A stretch of 64,000 bases of DNA from an uncultured delta proteobacterium (GCA_963728565.1 CAVSLC010000023.1:160001-224000), one strand, 5' to 3'. Counted from the stretch's first letter, positions 40,181 to 50,585 are shown. Translations and numbers: made by a program. The notes: a model not told the origin generated them from the sequence alone.

Positions 40181-42760
40181 ATGCCTGTATTGACTGAAGT
40201 CCAACAGAATGTTGAGGCTCCCGTAACCAGGCAGCAACGCGCGCTCGAGGAGTCCGATTTACTGTTACGTCTTTACCGAGCGCTCATCGAGAATCCCGAC
40301 CTATCTTCCGGCCTCCGCGCCGCTCTTGAAATCGTGTGTCAATTTACCGGTTGGGTTGTTGGAACCGCGTGGCTTCCTTCAGACGACGAAACAGAAATAA
40401 GGCTCTGCTCCTCGTGGCATGCAGACGATCCAAAGCTCGCCGAGTTTATTGGCCTTTGCCGGCAGCTGTCGTTTCCCCGCGACGTTGGCATCCCCGGCCG
40501 GGTTTGGCACCGCGGAAAAGATGAGTGGACGCGCGATCTGGCCGCTGAGCCTGCCGAACCGTTCCCTATGGCACCTGCGGCGAAACTTGCGGATCTCAAA
40601 GCCGCCTTCGCGGTTCCGATCACTCACGATGAGGACGTTGATGGCGTGTTGGTGTTCCATGCGCGCGAGGCGAAGGAGGAAGACGGACGTCTAACGCAAG
40701 TCGTTTCCACCATCGCAACCCAGCTAGGATTCGCGCTCCAGCACAAACGGCTCGAAGAAGAACTCTTGAAGCAGCAGGCTTTGGTCCGTCGAAGCCATGA
40801 AAACTTGGAAGAACAGGTTGAGCAGCGAGTGCGGCAGCAGGAGGCCGTAGTCGATCTTGGCCGCCAAGCCCTAGGCGGAGCGGACTTGTCAACGCTCATG
40901 CGCTCGGTTACCGAGTTAGTCGCCAAAACTTTGAGCATCGAGTTTTGCAAAGTGCTGGAGCTGCTGCCCGGGAATGACGCTTTTCTTTTACGCGCGGGGG
41001 TCGGGTGGAGGGAAGGGCTTGTCGGCCAGACAACCGTGAGCGCCGGCACGAACTCACAAGCCGGCTATACGTTGCTCTGCAAAGAGCCGGTGATCGTTGA
41101 AGATCTCCGGAAAGAAGCGAGATTTATCAGGCCGCCGCTGTTGCGTGATCACGCGGTCGTAAGCGGCATCAGCGTCATTATCGGACACAGCGATCATCCT
41201 TACGGAATTCTTGGAGCGCACAGCGCAAAGGCGCGGGCGTTTTCACAAGACGACATTCATTTCTTGCAGGCGATAGCTAACGTGCTTTTCCAAGTTATCG
41301 AACACAATCGCGACTTGGCAGAGATTCGGCGCAACGCCACCTGGCTGCAGCGTCTCATCGATACTACCCAAGACGCGGTTGTTTCCATCGACCGGCGCGG
41401 CTGTATCGTCTTGTTCAATGCCGCCGCGGAACGAGTGTTCGGCTACAGCGCGGACGAGATTGTCGGACGCAAGGTCAATGAACTGATGGCCGAGCCCTAC
41501 GCCACCGAGCACGACGGTTATATTGCCCGCTACGAACGGACCGGCGAGCCACGCGCCATTGGCCGCATCCGCACAGTGGAGGGACGGCGTAAGAGCGGCG
41601 AGACCTTTCCCCTCGAGCTTTCAGTGACGCAAGTCGCGACCGCTGAAAACGAAGAAGTTCACTACGCCGCTTTTATCCGGGATATTTCCGAAGTGAGACG
41701 GGGCCAGGCCTGGTTGCAGAGCCTGATCGAAACAACGCAAGATGCCGTCCTGTCCATCGATCGTCAAGGGCGGGTTGTTCTATTCAATCCGGCGGCTGAA
41801 CGGATATTCGGTTATCCGCGCAACGAAGTTATCGGAGAAAAGGTCAATATGCTCATGGCGGAGCCGTATGCTACAGAGCACGATGAATATATCGCGCGCT
41901 ACGAAAGAACCGGTGAAGCCCGCGCCATTGGCCGGATTCGAACAGTCAGCGCGCGGCGAAGTAATGGCGAGCCCTTTCCCATCGAGCTCTCCGTCACTGA
42001 AATATCAGTAGATCAAGAAGTGCATTATGCCGCCTTCATTCGCGACATCTCGGAGAAAACCAAGTTACAGAACCAGCTGATGGAAACCGAACGGCTGGCT
42101 GCCATCGGCAGCACGGCGGCTAAGATCGGCCATGAGCTCGCCAATCCGCTTAACGGAATGTCCCTGACGATTCAGCTGCTGGAGCAGCGTCTCAGCAGGC
42201 TCAGCGATAGCGCCGGGACTCAATTGACCCCGACTGTGAAAAGACTCAAGGACGAAATCTCCCGACTGCAGAAATTGGTCGGAGAGTTCGCAACAATCTC
42301 GAGAAAAGAAAAATATGTCCTTCGACCGATCAACCTGAAGCAACTAGTCGAAGATATTGTTGACCTACAAGCGCCCCATCTTGCGCAGAGCGGGATAGAG
42401 CTAAAGACTTCCGTACCTTTTGATCTGCCGGTCATCAGGCTCGATAGGGATAAGATGAAGCAGGCTCTGCTCAATCTGGTTAAAAACGCCGGCGAGGCGA
42501 TGCCTCAGGGCGGCAGGATCACCATTGATGCCTTTACGGCGGACGACGCAATCATACTTGAGATTACCGATACCGGAGAAGGTATTCCTCTGGACATCGA
42601 TGCGTTTGAGCCTTTTGTGACCACGAAGGAACAAGGTACCGGGATCGGATTGGTCATAGTTCGGCAAATCCTCGCCGCCCATGATGGAAAAATATCCTAT
42701 CGAAGTAAACCGGGAGAAGGAACTACCTTCCGGCTGGAGCTGCCGCAAGGATTGGGTTAG
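40181..42760 (+). CDS. Soluble sensor histidine kinase GAF-GAF-PAS-PAS-HisKA-HATPase with FixL-like heme PAS domains
   Basis: Two copies of MAEPYATEHDxYIARYERTGExRAIGRIRTV; H box GHELANPL; NLVKNA, DTGEGI, GTGIGL. No TM segment. Confidence 0.9.
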   Translation: MPVLTEVQQNVEAPVTRQQRALEESDLLLRLYRALIENPDLSSGLRAALEIVCQFTGWVVGTAWLPSDDETEIRLCSSWHADDPKLAEFIGLCRQLSFPRDVGIPGRVWHRGKDEWTRDLAAEPAEPFPMAPAAKLADLKAAFAVPITHDEDVDGVLVFHAREAKEEDGRLTQVVSTIATQLGFALQHKRLEEELLKQQALVRRSHENLEEQVEQRVRQQEAVVDLGRQALGGADLSTLMRSVTELVAKTLSIEFCKVLELLPGNDAFLLRAGVGWREGLVGQTTVSAGTNSQAGYTLLCKEPVIVEDLRKEARFIRPPLLRDHAVVSGISVIIGHSDHPYGILGAHSAKARAFSQDDIHFLQAIANVLFQVIEHNRDLAEIRRNATWLQRLIDTTQDAVVSIDRRGCIVLFNAAAERVFGYSADEIVGRKVNELMAEPYATEHDGYIARYERTGEPRAIGRIRTVEGRRKSGETFPLELSVTQVATAENEEVHYAAFIRDISEVRRGQAWLQSLIETTQDAVLSIDRQGRVVLFNPAAERIFGYPRNEVIGEKVNMLMAEPYATEHDEYIARYERTGEARAIGRIRTVSARRSNGEPFPIELSVTEISVDQEVHYAAFIRDISEKTKLQNQLMETERLAAIGSTAAKIGHELANPLNGMSLTIQLLEQRLSRLSDSAGTQLTPTVKRLKDEISRLQKLVGEFATISRKEKYVLRPINLKQLVEDIVDLQAPHLAQSGIELKTSVPFDLPVIRLDRDKMKQALLNLVKNAGEAMPQGGRITIDAFTADDAIILEITDTGEGIPLDIDAFEPFVTTKEQGTGIGLVIVRQILAAHDGKISYRSKPGEGTTFRLELPQGLG

Positions 42761-42770
42761 GATTTTTGGC

Positions 42771-42786
42771 TGGCTTGGGTATTGCT
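42771..42786 (+). promoter_or_regulatory. Sigma-54 -24/-12 promoter (response regulator)
   Basis: TGGCTT-GGGTA-TTGCT. Confidence 0.65.
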
Positions 42787-42861
42787 CTACTTACATCCAT
42801 TGAGGAACTAATCTAAGAATCAGCCTAGCGCATTTGCACAACTAAGATTTTTTTTAAATAG

Positions 42862-42879
42862 TTTCTCAGAACTGAGAAA
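42862..42879. promoter_or_regulatory. Perfect palindrome, candidate activator binding site
   Basis: TTTCTCAG-AA-CTGAGAAA just before the regulator start. Confidence 0.65.
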
Positions 42880-42892
42880 GTGGAAAGCTACG

Positions 42893-44239
42893 TTGACCGG
42901 GACAATACTAGTCGTTGAAGATCAAGAATCGGCGCGTGAAAGTTTAGTCGAGTTATTGAGAGGGGAGGGGTTTGAAGTTCATGCCGCCGCTGACGGCAAA
43001 GCCGGCATTGAGTTCGTCGATCAATACGATCTCGATGTGGTGCTTACCGATTTAGCCATGCCCCACGCCGACGGTATCGCCGTGCTGCGGCACATTCGTG
43101 AGATCTCGCCGCAGACATTGGTAATATTGATGACCGCACATGCTACGGTCGAGACCGCCGTCGAAGCCATCCGTCTCGGCGCCCAAGACTATCTGCTCAA
43201 GCCGCTTATTTTTGAAGATGTGCTGCGCAAAGTGCAGCATTTGATGAACCATCGGAAGCTTGCCTGGGAGAACCAGCTGCTGCGCCGCGAGATCAATACC
43301 CGCTTCAGTTCCGATCGGCCGCTCGGGCGCAGCCAGGCAATGCAGGAAATCGCCCGCTTAATAAAAAAAGTCGCGCCGGCTCCCACCACGGTTCTAATCA
43401 CCGGCGAGAGCGGCGTCGGCAAAGAAGTGGTTGCGCGCACGATTCACGCGCACAGCCGGTTCAGCGATAATGTGTTTCTGCCGGTAAACTGCAGCGCCAT
43501 TCCGGAAAATCTTCTCGAGAGTCAGCTGTTTGGACACGTTAAAGGCTCCTTTACGGGAGCCGTGAGTTCTCAAGAAGGCCTGTTTCAAAGGGCGCGCGGG
43601 GGCACGATCTTCCTCGATGAGATCGGCGAAATGCCGCTGACCCTTCAGCCAAAGCTGCTGCGCGTGCTCGAAGAAAAAGTAATTCTTCCGGTGGGCTCGA
43701 CAAATCCCGTCAAGGTCAATGTGCGCATACTGGCGGCAACCAATCGCGATCTCAATGCCGAAGTGGAAGCCGGGCGCTTTCGCGACGATTTATTTTATCG
43801 TCTGAATGTATTCGAAATCAATATTCCGCCGCTGCGCAAGCGGCTTGACGATCTGCCGGGGTTGGTGGAGCATCTTATCCAGCGCCACAACCAGGAGATG
43901 AACACGACCTATAAAGGCGTCGATAGCGCGACCATGCGGATTCTCATGTCGTTTCCGTGGAAGGGAAACATCCGTGAGCTCGACAACGTTCTGGAGCGCT
44001 CGATGATTCTGGGCGACGGCGAATGGATCAAGCCGTCGGAACTCCCTGGGCAACAAACCGACGGCGGAGAATTCAATTACGAGGATAGTCTCAGCGCGGC
44101 GCTTGATCTCTACGAAAAAAGCCATATCGAACGCACTTTGAATAAAGCCGGCGGCGACAAGATACGGGCGGCCGAGCTCATGGGATTGAGTCTCTCGACG
44201 CTTTACCGAAAGCTCGAAAAACTGGGTATCGAGAGCTAA
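42893..44239 (+). CDS. Sigma-54-dependent response regulator (NtrC/AtoC family)
   Basis: Receiver VLTDLAMP, GESGVGKE, GSFTGA, FLDEIGE, FRDDLFYRL, WKGNIREL and Fis HTH. Confidence 0.95.
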   Translation: MTGTILVVEDQESARESLVELLRGEGFEVHAAADGKAGIEFVDQYDLDVVLTDLAMPHADGIAVLRHIREISPQTLVILMTAHATVETAVEAIRLGAQDYLLKPLIFEDVLRKVQHLMNHRKLAWENQLLRREINTRFSSDRPLGRSQAMQEIARLIKKVAPAPTTVLITGESGVGKEVVARTIHAHSRFSDNVFLPVNCSAIPENLLESQLFGHVKGSFTGAVSSQEGLFQRARGGTIFLDEIGEMPLTLQPKLLRVLEEKVILPVGSTNPVKVNVRILAATNRDLNAEVEAGRFRDDLFYRLNVFEINIPPLRKRLDDLPGLVEHLIQRHNQEMNTTYKGVDSATMRILMSFPWKGNIRELDNVLERSMILGDGEWIKPSELPGQQTDGGEFNYEDSLSAALDLYEKSHIERTLNKAGGDKIRAAELMGLSLSTLYRKLEKLGIES

Positions 44240-44386
44240 ACAGAGATCTCATTTCCCCGAACATCTTCAAGATCCAAAGGCGAGGCGATTGAGCGACAAC
44301 GAAGCATATGGATATTTTTCAGCAGCCCTGCTAGCCGCAAACTCCGGTTGTAGCAATAACCCAAGCGAAATGCCCGAACGGTAATC

Positions 44387-45748
44387 ATGCTTGCGGACAT
44401 TAAAACGAGCGCACTGCTGACCGATCTCTACCAGCTGACGATGCTGCAAGGTTACTTCGATCAGGGGATGAAGGAGACCGCGGTCTTTGAATTTTTCATT
44501 AGAAAGTTGCCGGCAAAGCGCAATTTTCTCATTGCAGCGGGACTCGAGCAGGCATTGGCGTTTCTCGAACAGGTACAGTTTTCCCCGGAGGAACTTGAGT
44601 GGATCGCAGGCTACGGCGCTTTTCGCCCCGCCTTTGTACGGCATCTGGAAACCTTTCGCTTTACCGGCGACGTCTATGCGATGCCGGAAGGAACCCTGTT
44701 TTTCCCCGACGAGCCCATCTTACGTGTGATCGCGCCCATCGCCGAAGCACAGTTGGTCGAAAGCCGATTGATCAATCTAATTCATTTTCAGACTCTGATC
44801 GCTTCAAAAGCGGCGCGCTCGGTGTTGACGGCGCCGGACAAGCTGCTGGTGGATTTTGGCTTGCGGCGCGCCCACGGGGCAGAAGCCGGATTATTGGCGG
44901 CGCGCGCGAGCTACCTCGCTGGTTTTGCCGGCACCGCGACAGTCATGGCGGCGCCGCTTTTCGGAATCCCGGTGTACGGCACGATGGCGCATTCCTTTGT
45001 CCAGGCCCACGATGATGAGGCCGCCGCCTTCGATCACTTCGCGCATTCATTGCCGGAGAACGTCATTCTGCTGATCGATACTTACGATACCGAAGCCGCT
45101 GCGGAAAAGGTCGTTCGTCTCGCGCCCAAGCTGATGCGCGACGGCATCAAGATCAAAGGGGTGCGGCTGGATAGCGGCGATTTGGCCGATCATGCATTCA
45201 AGGTGCGGCGTATTCTCGACCACGGTGGGCTGCAAGATACCACCATCTTTGCCAGCGGCAGCGTCGATGAATACATCGTTGAGCGCCTGATGCAGCAAAA
45301 CGCGCCCATCGACGGATTCGGCATCGGCACGCACATGGATACTTCCGCTGATGCTCCTTATTTAGATTGCGTCTACAAATTGGTTGAATACGCCGGCAGA
45401 GCGCGGCGCAAGCGCTCGGAAGGGAAGGCCGTGTGGCCGGGCCGCAAGCAGGTGTTTCGCCGCTACGGCGCAGATGGCGGCCTGCACGGCGACATCCTTT
45501 CGGTCGACGGCGAGCGGTTAGAAGGCGAGCCCTTAATCACAGCGGTGATGAAAGGAGGACGGCGCCTCTCACCGGCGGAGTCTTTGCAGCAATCCCGGCA
45601 GCGGGCGCTGGGGGAGCTGAAGCGTTTACCCGAGTCGCTCAAGAGTTTAGAAGCTGCGCCGGCCTATACGGTCACCGTTTCCGCAGCGCTGAAAAACCTC
45701 GCCGCCGAAGTTGACGCGCTCCAAGCCCATGCCTACGGTCGAGATTGA
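44387..45748 (+). CDS. pncB: Nicotinate phosphoribosyltransferase
   Basis: LLTDLYQLTM, DFGLRRAHG, GTMAHS, LIDTYD, VRLDSGD. Confidence 0.93.
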   Translation: MLADIKTSALLTDLYQLTMLQGYFDQGMKETAVFEFFIRKLPAKRNFLIAAGLEQALAFLEQVQFSPEELEWIAGYGAFRPAFVRHLETFRFTGDVYAMPEGTLFFPDEPILRVIAPIAEAQLVESRLINLIHFQTLIASKAARSVLTAPDKLLVDFGLRRAHGAEAGLLAARASYLAGFAGTATVMAAPLFGIPVYGTMAHSFVQAHDDEAAAFDHFAHSLPENVILLIDTYDTEAAAEKVVRLAPKLMRDGIKIKGVRLDSGDLADHAFKVRRILDHGGLQDTTIFASGSVDEYIVERLMQQNAPIDGFGIGTHMDTSADAPYLDCVYKLVEYAGRARRKRSEGKAVWPGRKQVFRRYGADGGLHGDILSVDGERLEGEPLITAVMKGGRRLSPAESLQQSRQRALGELKRLPESLKSLEAAPAYTVTVSAALKNLAAEVDALQAHAYGRD

Positions 45749-45946
45749 GAGTCGCACCGGAGAAGAGCCCTCATCCGAACTTTGCCTGGGGGTTGCCGCC
45801 AAGCTTCGCGGTCTGGGTTGAATCGCCGTGGCGCAATCGTAAGCAGCCGCCAGTAGGCAAGCCGAACGTTGACGAATAGCAGAGTCGAGCGGAACGAGGC
45901 GAATTCAGAGTACCACGCTGGACCCCGGTAGTGTGTGGATCGGAAC

Positions 45947-46372
45947 TCACCGCGCCGTTTGCGGCGATTTCGCGACGAGCTTTCCAATCTGGGAGATTTC
46001 GTCTCCAAGCAGTGCGATGAGATCATCCATCGTGACGATTCCAAGAACGGTCTCCAGGCCGCCCATGATCGGTATCCGCCGAACGTGGTGCGTGTGCATC
46101 AGCGACAACACATCCCCCACGTCTCGATCAACGGAAATGCGCACCGGATCTCGGGTCATCACTTCCTCTACCATGGTGCTTAGCGGGTCTCTTTCTTCTC
46201 CTGTTACTTTCATGGCGATGTCACGATCGGTTAAAATGCCGCACATCCTATCGTGGCTCTCAACAACAAGGCAGCCGAGTTTTTTGTCCTTCATCAGCCA
46301 GCAAGCCTCTGCGATGCTCCTTTCCGGCGAAATAGTACTCACGCGCTTTTGGCAAAACGCTCGTAGAGACAT
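45947..46372 (-). CDS. CBS-pair protein
   Basis: GILTDRDI, VMTRDP, RRIPI, GIVTMDDL; SD GGAGG. Confidence 0.9.
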   Translation of the reverse strand: MSLRAFCQKRVSTISPERSIAEACWLMKDKKLGCLVVESHDRMCGILTDRDIAMKVTGEERDPLSTMVEEVMTRDPVRISVDRDVGDVLSLMHTHHVRRIPIMGGLETVLGIVTMDDLIALLGDEISQIGKLVAKSPQTAR

Positions 46373-46392
46373 CGAGCACCTCCCTATTTCCT

Positions 46393-47166
46393 TCATTGTT
46401 CCTCGGGTGTTGGTTTGTCCGGGGCGATAAAATCTTTCTCTTCTTCGGTGCTCTCGGCTATGTCTTCGGTTCCAGGCGACTCTTGCCCGGCAGGGAGCAG
46501 CTCAGGCGCGGTTTCTTTGGAGCGGGCTTCACGCTCCCATAGCAGCTCTTCCACCTGAATTCGATCTACGATTTCAGTGATACCAAGAACATCTGTCACA
46601 ATCTTCAGCAGGATCTGGTGCTCGGCTTCGCTGGGAAGCGCTCCGGTCAGATAAACAACCCTCTTGCGGCAGACGATCCGCAGCTCTTCGGTATCGATTC
46701 GGCCGTCTTCCTTCAGATGGTCACGAATAACCTGGACCCACTCAGCGTCCTCGAGCGGGCTCAAATCTGGCGGGACCGGCGCGGTTGACGCAATCTCCGG
46801 TTCTTCGGCTGGAGCAGCGCTTGGTTGCTCGTCTCTCGCTGCGCAGTCCGTACAGCGCCGGGTTGCCGGGAGAGCGCGAAGCCGATCCACCGGTATGTAG
46901 TGGCCGCATGCTTCGCAGAGGCCGTAAACACCCGTGAGGATGCGTTGCAGCGCCGCATCGACTTCGCGCACCGCCCGCAAAGTTCTATCATCCAGGTGGT
47001 TCAGCACCCGTGCGGATTGTTCTTCTTGAGCATGCTCCTCCAATTCGCTTTCCCGTTCTGCGGCGATTGATTCCAGGCCCTCTTCGGCTTTTCTAAATGC
47101 TTCCAAGTAATGCTTGCGCTGCTTGCGCAACTCCTCGGCGAAGGTCTCGATAAGATTGTGTTCCAT
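46393..47166 (-). CDS. TraR/DksA C4 zinc finger fused to a BON domain with acidic tail
   Basis: YGLCEACG..I..DRLRALPATRRCTDCA, then VVYLTGALPSEAEHQ...GITEIVDRIQV. Confidence 0.8.
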   Translation of the reverse strand: MEHNLIETFAEELRKQRKHYLEAFRKAEEGLESIAAERESELEEHAQEEQSARVLNHLDDRTLRAVREVDAALQRILTGVYGLCEACGHYIPVDRLRALPATRRCTDCAARDEQPSAAPAEEPEIASTAPVPPDLSPLEDAEWVQVIRDHLKEDGRIDTEELRIVCRKRVVYLTGALPSEAEHQILLKIVTDVLGITEIVDRIQVEELLWEREARSKETAPELLPAGQESPGTEDIAESTEEEKDFIAPDKPTPEEQ

Positions 47167-47190
47167 ACATCACCTCTCGCTCATCAAGAG

Positions 47191-47206
47191 GGCAAACTAT
47201 ATGCCA
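47191..47206 (-). promoter_or_regulatory. Sigma-54 -24/-12 promoter (dksA-BON/CBS)
   Basis: Minus strand TGGCAT-ATAGT-TTGCC. Confidence 0.75.
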
Positions 47207-47678
47207 GTAGGCTGATCAACTGCGGGCCGTTATTTCCTCACTCGTATCCCGATCACTGAGTTTGAATTGGCTGCGCCCGCAAGGCGCTCGTTTCTCAGCT
47301 ACTGGCAATAACTGTGGGGCGACAGCAACTGGAAACTTTCGTCAGTGGTGAGAAGATTGGCGGCGCAGCATCGCAAAAATGAGAATCAGGTTTCCGTGTG
47401 CGAGACCAAAGCTGGACTGTCGGTGATTTCAAGTCAAAAGGGGCTTAACCAAACATCCGGCGTAAAATAGCCCACTCGAGCAGCGACCAGCTTAGAAAAA
47501 AGCGAAAAGAATCCAGTGAGCCGTCTACCGGCGGTTCGGCGCGATTTCCGCTTTTCGAATCAGAAGTGTCAACCCTGGCTGAGGCAAGTTGCTGTGCAGC
47601 CCATCCTCTTAGGCGGATTCCCGGATTCAGCAACCAACGCTCTTCACCGAGTGTTTTTCGAGCGTAAGAAAAGAACGT

Positions 47679-49307
47679 CTAAAGTTGGCGCAGTCCATGA
47701 GATGGTTCTCGCGCCTCGAAAATACGCCCGAGGCTATCCAGAACCTGCTGCGCGCCCTGCTCCGGATCGTTTTCGGTGCTCAAGATCATTCGCTTTGAAT
47801 CTGGAACCTCGCTTAATGGCGCGAACTCGTTGCGCTGGCGCAAATAAATGGCGGCCGTAGCGTCAGACACCGCGCCAGGCCGCCGCCGCCGGTTTTTCAG
47901 CCGTTCGAGAGTTTTTTCCTCGCTTGCTCGGCACTCCACAAACAGCACGGGTAGACACCTGCGGGATGACAACTCCAAAAATTGCTGCCGGTGTTGCTGG
48001 TCTTTGAACGTTGCGTCAACGATCACGCCTATTCCTGATTGTAAACACGCTTCGGCCTGTTTCAGGAGGGAATCGTAAGTGCGAGCATTGAACGATTCAG
48101 TGTACAAGCCTTTGCCATACTCCTCCGGCGAATGGAAGTTTAGTGGAATGCCCGCCAGCTGCTTGCGGACGACGTCGGAGTCAAGGAGTTGATAGCCCGT
48201 GCGAGCGCCGACAATCCCAGCTATTGTTGATTTTCCGGATCCGGCCAGACCGCAGACAATGACGATGGCGACAGGATAGTGATCGCTTGTATAGCGATAC
48301 GCAAGATGGAAGTAGCGACGCGCCCGCCGCTTAGCTTCCTCACGCTCGTCCTGGGGCACTTCGGGTTCGTTGGCTTTCAGCATTTCCACTTTGCCTCGGA
48401 CACACGCTCTGTAAGTTTTATACAACGGCAGAACGCGTAGGAGATCCGGATCTTTTGTGAAGTTCTGAAAGGACCTAACGAAATGGTCCGAGAGCACGGG
48501 GGCTCCGAGGTAATCCAAATCCATGGAGAGAAACGCAATCTCCGAGGCCGTATCGCAGTAGCGAAACTCCTCGCTAAACTCAATGCAGTCGTAGATTACA
48601 GGCTCCTGCTCAAGGCAGATGTGCTCGGCGCGGAGATCCCCATGTCCTTCTTTCACGCGACCATCTCGAAGTCTTGTCTCGAGAAGATCGCCATTGCAGG
48701 TCAGAAAATTTGCAGTGTAACCTCGGATGTCCCTAAATTCTTGCAAACTGAGGGTCTCGCCTATAAACGGCTCGAGCTCTTTCCCGTTTTGTTCTAGATT
48801 TCGACGAATCAGCTCCGGAGATCCGTATAGAGAAGCTTGATCGGTTGCCGCGGTCTCATAAAAATCGGCCAGCTTCTTTGCGATTCGCTCTAAGTCCTCC
48901 CGTCGAGCCCTGGCTTCCTCAATCATCCGGTCGAGGAAATATTCCTCGGGAAGGCGGCGCATTTTGACGGCATATTCGACGATTTTCTCTCGAGTTGCTG
49001 GAGATTCCCGCAGATTGAATCGTTCTCCGTCGTGTATGATGGCAACCACATTCAGATAAACCGTTGGTGCAAGTTTTCGGTTCAGACGGACTTCCTTGTG
49101 GCAAAAGCAGCGGCGCTTCTCCAGTGTCGAATAATCGAGAAACGCGAAACGGACCGGTTTCTTAACCTTGTAGACGTAATCGCCTGCCAGAAGCACGTAT
49201 GAGATATGGGTTTGCCTAAGCTCTACTGAGTCGGGGTGATGCGGGTAGAAGCCAGCATCCAGCATGGCTCGAATAAAAGGCGGCAGGGACGGAGATTCGC
49301 TGGCCAT
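47679..49307 (-). CDS. Aminoglycoside-phosphotransferase-like plus P-loop kinase fusion (Rv2004c-like)
   Basis: QTHIS, YKVKKP, EGHGDLRAEH, DCIEF, GLAGSGKST, SDVVRK, VDATF. Confidence 0.88.
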   Translation of the reverse strand: MASESPSLPPFIRAMLDAGFYPHHPDSVELRQTHISYVLLAGDYVYKVKKPVRFAFLDYSTLEKRRCFCHKEVRLNRKLAPTVYLNVVAIIHDGERFNLRESPATREKIVEYAVKMRRLPEEYFLDRMIEEARARREDLERIAKKLADFYETAATDQASLYGSPELIRRNLEQNGKELEPFIGETLSLQEFRDIRGYTANFLTCNGDLLETRLRDGRVKEGHGDLRAEHICLEQEPVIYDCIEFSEEFRYCDTASEIAFLSMDLDYLGAPVLSDHFVRSFQNFTKDPDLLRVLPLYKTYRACVRGKVEMLKANEPEVPQDEREEAKRRARRYFHLAYRYTSDHYPVAIVIVCGLAGSGKSTIAGIVGARTGYQLLDSDVVRKQLAGIPLNFHSPEEYGKGLYTESFNARTYDSLLKQAEACLQSGIGVIVDATFKDQQHRQQFLELSSRRCLPVLFVECRASEEKTLERLKNRRRRPGAVSDATAAIYLRQRNEFAPLSEVPDSKRMILSTENDPEQGAQQVLDSLGRIFEAREPSHGLRQL

Positions 49308-49545
49308 GGTTTTGTCTCCGATGAAAGCTGAAGTGCTTACTACGACGGACCAGACCAATGGACAAGGGAACCAAACGTACCCCAATCCAGATGCCGGAAT
49401 CTCGCCGCCTAATTTGTCAATGCAATCCTCTGCCGCACCAACCGGAGAGTTGCGCGAGTTTATTCTGTCTGAAGACAGCGTCTAAAGGGCTGGTCGTCCG
49501 CAGCTCTCCTATCACTGGAGGCCTGTGGCAACGCAAAACAAAAAC

Positions 49546-50208
49546 TTATGCGACGCTTTTCTCTTTTGACTGTTCTGCCGCGCTCACCGATTCCAAAACT
49601 GCAATAACTTGTTCATCCGTTACCTGGGAGAAATCGTCAAAGTATTGCCCCACGGCCATAAAATCTTCAGGTGTATCCAAATAAACTATCTCATCCGCAT
49701 ATCTCCTGATCTCCCTTAACGTCGAGACAGGAAGTACGGCAACCGCCCCCACCAGCTTAGCTGGACTTTGCTCCCGTATGGAGCGGAGTGCTGCGATCAT
49801 GGTGGCACCGGTGGCGATGCCGTTGTCGACAACAATGACGACGCGGCCCGTGGGATCGATAGGAGAACGGAGCGGCGTGTACCGAGAGCGGCGCCGACGC
49901 AGCGTTTGGAGCTGCTCTTCTTTTTCGCGGGCCACATACTGCGGGCTTATCTCCAACTCGGCTGCGGCATTCGTTAAGTACACCCGTCCTTTTTCGTCAA
50001 CGGCGCCAATAGCGAACTCCGGCTGTCCGGGCGCACCCAATTTGTGCACCAGCACGACGTCCAATTCGCCCTGGAGACCCTCGGCGATGATTTTCGCCAT
50101 AGGCACCGCCCCTCGGGGGATCCCTAACACCAGCGGCTTCTCCGCTTTGTACTTGGCCAGTTTTCGGACTAAGAGTCTTGCCGCGTGCTCGCGATTTCTA
50201 AATTTCAT
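49546..50208 (-). CDS. Phosphoribosyltransferase-family protein (Rv0571c/Rv2030c N-terminal type)
   Basis: FRNREHA, IPRGAVP, KLGAPGQPEFAIGA, VVDNGIATG, AVGQYF.DF.QV.D. Confidence 0.88.
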   Translation of the reverse strand: MKFRNREHAARLLVRKLAKYKAEKPLVLGIPRGAVPMAKIIAEGLQGELDVVLVHKLGAPGQPEFAIGAVDEKGRVYLTNAAAELEISPQYVAREKEEQLQTLRRRRSRYTPLRSPIDPTGRVVIVVDNGIATGATMIAALRSIREQSPAKLVGAVAVLPVSTLREIRRYADEIVYLDTPEDFMAVGQYFDDFSQVTDEQVIAVLESVSAAEQSKEKSVA

Positions 50209-50417
50209 AGCTATCTCCGTATGTGAATGCCTTGTCAGCCGGTACCGCATAGCCTTTAGCGCTGTACAAAAGCGCCTCATCAAAGGTTGCGGACCTGCAG
50301 GGAAACGCACGATCTCATCTATCCCCGGATCTGGTCATCACCTAGCCACGTGAGAAAGCCTTGTACGACCTTCAGCAGTCAATCTGTCGCTTTGATGACC
50401 ACTGCTGAAGTCAAATT

Positions 50418-50433
50418 CGCACGGCGCGTGCCA
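50418..50433 (-). promoter_or_regulatory. Sigma-54 -24/-12 promoter (PRTase)
   Basis: Minus strand TGGCAC-GCGCC-GTGCG. Confidence 0.6.
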
Positions 50434-50569
50434 AATTCCAAGATCCATGAGGATAACTTAACGCGCCGAAAATTTTCAATTTTGCAGTTTTAGGAACGAA
50501 TTTTTCGCAGTTCTTAAAATGAAATTGACGAAGACCCCAATCGATGGTTGGAGTCTTAGCCGCTCCGCT

Positions 50570-50585
50570 TGGCATTCGATATGCT
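50570..50585 (+). promoter_or_regulatory. Sigma-54 -24/-12 promoter (HPF-CSD)
   Basis: TGGCAT-TCGAT-ATGCT. Confidence 0.7.

Noticed and set aside
47679-49307. Aminoglycoside resistance gene
   Set aside because: The APH-like fold fused to a P-loop kinase is the widespread Rv2004c-like family; the context is stress response.
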